From Dipteris shenzhenensis (Eukaryota): a DNA stretch of 64,000 nt. Positions 58,132-64,000 of the stretch are shown here, piece by piece. Positions within the stretch are counted from its first letter, which is position 1. Each line of letters opens with the position of its first letter. The notes under the pieces were generated by a model that saw only the letters and a list, made by a program, of their open reading frames with translations, did not search any database and was not told where the DNA came from. The stretch lies in the NCBI GenBank assembly GCA_047967505.1, contig CM106538.1; one strand, written 5' to 3'. The position numbers and the translations under genes are program-made.

Positions 58132-61100
58132 TGTGAAGAGAGTGGAAGAGAAGTAAGGAGTCTCACTTGCATCTTTCTCCCATACACAATGGGGGAATAC
58201 ACACACAGGTGGAGGCTGAAAACAACAATTTTCCTCTTCTTAGTTGTGAAAGCCAAAAAGAACTCTCTCTCTTAGTACAAAAGGAATAGATGAACCCTAT
58301 ATGTGGGTCTCAAACCAAAATCAGCTAACCTAGGTGGCATACTAACTGAGCCACTAACTAGAGTACATAAAGATAGCTGTCATCCAGCTATTATTCATGG
58401 GCAGTGTACCAACTACATATGTAGCTAACAAGTCGGTGACATAAATGCACAACGGTCACCCTGGCATATCACGAGTGGAGCTCGATATCTCAACACTCCC
58501 CCTCGAGCTCAATCCCAATTCCTGCACACCAAGCAGGTCTCTGAACTTGCGTAGCTTCTCTACATCTAATGCCTTCTTGAATATGTTAGCTACCTTATCC
58601 TCTATGCTGACATAAACCAGATCAATAAAACCTACTAGAGCCTTCTCCCGCACATAGTGATAATGCACCTTAATGTGCTTTGTTCTAGCATGATAGACTG
58701 GGTTATTTGCCAAGTGTATACTGCTCATGTTGTCACAATAAATGACAACTGGCCCATCTGTAGACTGATGCATATCATAAAGTAGCTTATGCAACCAAGC
58801 TACCTCACATGCAGCCATTGCTGCACCCCTGTACTTAGCCTATGTGCTCGACAAGGCAACAGTAGGTTGTTTCTTGCTGCTCCAAGTGACTGTAGCACTC
58901 CCAAAAGAGAACACATATCCACTGGTAGATCGTCTATCAGAAATACTACCAGCCCAATTAGCATCAGTGTATCCATGCAACTATATCTGAACCCCAGTCT
59001 CATAAAATAGTCCATACTGCAATGTGGACTTCACATACCTCAGTATGTGTCTAGCCGCATCCAAATGCAGTTTCCTTGGAGCCTGCATAAAGTGACTTAC
59101 CAACCCAACAGCATAGCTCGAATCTGGCCTAGTAATAGTCATATAAATCAAACTTCCTACTATGCGTCTGTACATAGTAGGGTTTTCCAGAAGCTCACCT
59201 GCATTTGCGCTCAGCTTCACATTCTACTCCAAAGGAACTGAAATAGGCTTACAGCCTGTCATCCCATATTTGGACGGCATGTCCAATCCATACTGCCTCT
59301 GCAAGAGCCATATCCCACTTGTGGATCTAATCACCTCAATGCTCAAGAAGTAACGCAGCTCTCCCAAATCCTTCATCTCAAACTTCTGCTTCAGTAGCAT
59401 TTTCACATGAAGGATATCTTCATCACTATCACCTCTGATGATCAAATCATCAACATAAATGACAAGCAGCATAATACCTTTCTCTATTTTTCTCACATAA
59501 AGTGAGAAATCTGTCGTGCAAATTTGAAAGCCAATAGTGACAAGATACTATCCTATCTTTGTTAGACCATGTTCTGGGTGCTTGCTTCAAGCCATACAAG
59601 GCTTTCTTCAACCTGCAAACAAACTCACGATGAACACAATGCACATAAACTAGTGGCTGCTCCATATAGACCTCTTCTTGCAAATCACCATGCAAGAAGG
59701 CATTCTTTACATCCATCTAATGTAAAGACCATCCCTTTGATGCAGCCATAGCAATGACTACTCTTACGATTGCCATCCTTGCAACCGGACTGAATGTTTC
59801 TTCATAATCAATTCCATATGTCTGTGCATACCCCTTGACAACTAATCTTGCCTTGTATCTACTCACAGAACCATTTGCATTGTGCTTCACCTTATAGACC
59901 CACTTGCAGCCACTTGCATTCTTGTCTTTAGGCAAAGGCACCAATTCCCATGTAGCATTTCCAAGGCATCCATTTCTTCATCCATGGCTTTCTCCCATTT
60001 TTCTTTTCCCATGGCTTGCTCAAAAGAAGTGGGTTCTAGTTCATGTATCACTTTGACCATATAGGCATAGTGAATGGCTGTAAATCCATCATATTTCAGC
60101 CTATCCACAGGTTACTTAACTCTGGTAGACCTCCGCAAAATAGGCTCACTACCAGGTGCTTTCAAAACATCCCTTGTCTTCCTTACTCCAGGTGTAACAA
60201 TAGAAGGAATACCCAACTCATCATCAAGGCTCTGTTCTGAGCCACTGGATTCACCATCCACATAAGAGTGACTTGCATTCACATCAACCATGGGCTGATC
60301 TACTTTCTCTTTTCCCTTTCGTGATACTTGCATACCACTATCTGCATTGCTTTGAGGAGATTCTCTTGATCTCAATCTGCCTGTCCATGGCGAAGTATGT
60401 GAACCATTGCTAGAGGACACTATAGGTCCACTAATATTTTGTGATTGCTGCTGTGAATTCTGTGCAGCATTACCATTCTGTGCATCTACATCATCAATCA
60501 CATTTGTTGGTTTATACCAACTGCTCATCTCATCAGAAACAACATCTCTACTCATCGTAAACTTACGAGTAGAAGGGTTATAGCATCTATACCCTTTTTG
60601 CTGTAGAGAATAACCAATAAAGATGCACTTCTCAGCTTTTGGATCCAACTTGGATCTCAACTCATCTAGCACATGAACATAGCCAATGCAACCAAAAACT
60701 TTCAAAAGAGAAATATCTAGTTTCCTACCAGTATACCTCTCCTCTAGCATCATGCCATGTATTGCTACAATGGGAGTCCTGTTCATTATGTAGACTACTG
60801 TAGCAACTGCTTTAGCCCAATAATAATATGGCAGGTCTTTTTTGTTGAGCATGGCACGAGATACCTCTCCAATATGCCTGTTTTTCCTTTCTGCAAGTCC
60901 ATTTTGCTGTGGGGTATGACTGCATGAATATTGTTGCTTTATGCCATGCTCTTATAGGAACCTTGCAAACTCATTTGAGAGGTACTCTCCCCCTCCATCT
61001 GACCTTAGGCATTTTATTTGCAGGCCTATTTCTTTCTTAACCATAGCTTTAAAAGCTTTGAAATGCCCAAACACTTCACTTTTCTTTTTCATAAAATACA

Positions 61101-63668
61101 CCCAAACTTTTTTGCTGTAGTCATCAATAAAAGTGACAAAATGATGACAGCCTCCAATAGATGCAGCTTTAGTAGTCCACACATCAGAGTGGATTAATTC
61201 CAATGGCCTCTTACTCTCTTGAACATGTCTAGGAAATGGTTTCTTTGCCTATTTTCCAAATTGACAGCTTCACATACCTTATGCATTTCTGAAACCTTGA
61301 ACTTAGGCAATCCTGCAACAATATTTTGGGCTTGCATTAATTTAAGTCGCTATACATTAACATGACTAATGCGTTTATGTTAGATATCAATATCTGCAAC
61401 TACACCGGTCCCATGTGCAAACATTGCTGTGTCAATTCAGACATGTCCACATCCAACGTAAACATCGTGCCCTTCTTCTTCCCTTTTGCTATCAAGCGAC
61501 CTTTATTTTTCATATCCTCAACAAGGCATCCATGAGGATTAAATCTGACTTGCAAGCCCTGCTCAACCATTTGACCAACAGAAACCAGGTTCTTGGTGAT
61601 ATTCGGGACATGAAATACATCAGATAGGTATTTCTTTTTCCCATCCTGCATAGACAAAGGAATTTTACCAATCTGCACAATAGGATGTGCAGTATCATCA
61701 CCAATCTCCACAAATCCTGGTCTTTCCATTTTCCTTGCATCCTGCATCCATTCTGCATGACCTGTCATGTGGTTTGACGCACTTGAGTCAACATACCACA
61801 CATCATTGCTTTCTTCTGTACTTGTCGCAGTTTTGGTCATGTGCTACACCATAAACAAATGCTCATTTTTGTCATCACCCTGTCTACTAGAGGATGCATA
61901 ATTGCCTTCCTGCAATTTTCCATTCATGATCTCATTCTGCTTTTTGTAGTAGTCTTTAGCCATATGGCCCATTTTACCATAGTAGTAGCATTCAACATTG
62001 CTGTTTGCATTTTGGCCTCTCTGCCATCCACCACGACCTCTTTGGCTCCCCCTGCCTCTAAAGTTACCATGTCCTCCTCCATAGGACTGGTTTTCTTGAA
62101 TTTGCTGCATATTTTGATTTTTGCCATGGCCTCCAGATCGGCCTGCTCTACCTTTGCCTCTACCTCTTCCAGCATTTGAGTAGAAGATAGTTTCTTTTGA
62201 AGTTCCTCTTGAAGAATATGCAACACCATTTCTCTGCTCTTCAGAAATTAGAAGAGCAATCAACTCCCCAAAATCAGGAAAATTCTCACGGACGACAATG
62301 GATGTCCGGAACTGTGCATAATCCTTTCCTAGACCATTCAAGGTCACAGAAACTAAATCATCATCTTCCACTGGTGACCGAATAGAAGCAAGTGCATCTA
62401 CAATCTTCTTCACCTTCATGTGGTAGTCATTGATGCTCATATTTTCTCTTTGCACATTATGCAACTCCTGCTTGAGCTGAATTTTCTAGGCTTGCATATT
62501 TGTGCTATACATTTTTGTCAAAGTATCCCACACCTCCTTCGGCATGCTTGCATCTTGAATATGCACAATCATAGAATTTGAAATACTAATAGACAGCCAG
62601 TACATAACTTTTCTGGCTCTCTCATGCCATCCTTTAAATGCCTGCAACTCCTGTTGATTGGGAACATAAGGAATAACTGGTTCTTGTTCAGCTCCAGTAA
62701 TGAACTCCCAATAGTCTTTTTCCTTAAGGAAATTCGTCATTCTAAACTTCCATGCTGGGAAGTTGTTCTTGTCAAGCTTTTCAGTGACTATCTGTGAAAG
62801 AGCATCAGATACCATTACAGTACACTGCAAAAATATTCTGTCACTGCAAAAAACACAACTTCTGCCTCACAAGGGCAAATCTGCAAAACTGACGAAAGTG
62901 GTATTTGACCACACAGTCACTTCTTGGTGACGATTTTGCATCAACAGGCAATAAGAATGATTTTGTCACTCCTAATATCTCTGTGCATAGGCATACGATG
63001 CAATTTCTGTGGCAACTTTTCATCGACCTACAAAATAGTGGTGGCACATCAAAAACAAGGCACCTTTCTGAGTGCCTACGGAAAACTTCTGCCACCAAAA
63101 CGGGCCTCGAATAAAAAAATAATGTCACCAAGGGCTTTGCCCTTACTCGTAGCATATACTACCCTCTCGCCACACCACGAAGGGTATCCCAATCTGAGAC
63201 AGTGCACTCTTGCACTTTTTGGCTGTGCTATCTGTAGAGATTTACTCCCAAACTCGAAAAAGGAAAGCAACACTGATCCTCTTACCAAGACACCATGAAC
63301 TTGGTTTGCTTCCTTGAGCTCCTTACCATGAACCGAGCTCTGATATGATGTGAAGAGAGTGGGAGAGAAGTAAGGAGTCTCACTTGCAGCTTTCTCACAT
63401 ACACAATGGGGGAATACACACATAGGTGGAGGCTGAAAACAGTTTTCCTCTTCTTATTTGTGAAAGCCAAAAAGAACTCTCTCTCTTAGTACAAAAGGAA
63501 TAGATGAACCCTATATGTGGGTCTCAAACCAAAATCAGCTAACCTAGGTGTCATACTAACTGAGCCACTAACTAGAGTACATAAAGATAGCTGTCATCCA
63601 GCTATTATTCATGGGCGGCATACCAACCACATCTACAGCTAACAAGTCGGTGACATAAATGCACAACG
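58132..63668 (-). mobile_element. Near full-length copia family E (degenerate gag-pol)
   Basis: LTRs 58132-58495 and 63349-63668 (the latter lacks its outer ~40 bp). PPT complement CTCCCCCTC at 58496 and decayed PBS at 63337-63348. Gag, [24 protein letters not shown] and HARTKHIKVHYH fragments. Confidence 0.94.
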
Positions 63669-63694
63669 TGACAAAGTGAGGATCGTACTCTCCT

Positions 63695-64000
63695 AGTCAC
63701 TGATACTGCAAGGTGGTTAGATATGAGTTATATTCCATCACCTCCCCTTAGTGCATGCATTGCTACTTAAGGTGGTCAAGTGTGGTTTCGATATCTTAAT
63801 ACCTCCCCTGAGTGCTTTCATAGCTACTCTCAGGTGGTCAGGTTTGATTTACAAAGCATAGGCAAGGTTGGCAAGGTTTTTTTTTTTTTTTGGTTTCTCA
63901 ATACATTCCATTGATGCCACCTTTTGGCTCATGGCTTGATGATGATGCTGTGTAGTTGACCTGCTGGTTCTTTAATTTGCAATCTTCTTCCTTGTATAGC
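63695..64000 (-). mobile_element. Second copy of the gag-only family (gag C-terminus and 3' UTR PPT repeats), running off the window edge
   Basis: YKEEDCKLKNQQVNYTASSSSHEPKGGINGMY* matches ...HKEEDYKLKQQHVNYVESSSSHEQNDDNNMY* at 26913. CACCTCCCCTTAGTGCAT repeats match 26765. Confidence 0.85.

Noticed and set aside
58456-58500. RNase H ORF of element E reading through the PPT into the LTR
   Set aside because: This is common in compact copia elements and not unusual.

Overview
This is AT-rich eukaryotic nuclear DNA from a land plant. It is probably a fern, inferred only from the style of the PPR motifs (VTFVCSLKACGSIGAIDKG) and the PG-box 'SWW'. The single host gene is an apparently single-exon PLS-class pentatricopeptide-repeat (PPR) gene at ~32.4-35.65 kb. 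It has 26 PPR motifs, E1/E2 and a KKPGQSWW box, but no deaminase core, so it is a putative organellar RNA-editing specificity factor. The rest is a nested transposon field: several Ty1/copia families (four with recognisable target-site duplications, TSDs), a solo LTR, Ty3/gypsy relics, two LINE relics, a hAT transposase relic and long CT/CA/CCCT microsatellites. Five observations stand out. (1) Four unrelated LTR families each carry a different-sequence 8-11 bp inverted repeat that brackets the polypurine tract (PPT)/3' LTR junction, three of them with 17-18 nt loops. (2) A ~2.3 kb inversion, once reversed, restores both a gag-only LTR element and the hAT transposase it interrupted. (3) Three diverged copia copies share an amber stop at the same RNase H codon. 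(4) A TSD-bounded composite LTR element sits 229 bp behind the PPR stop codon. (5) The PPR array is made of very homogeneous 303-bp units with a readable RNA-recognition code. Coordinates and identities were counted by eye and may be off by a few bases.
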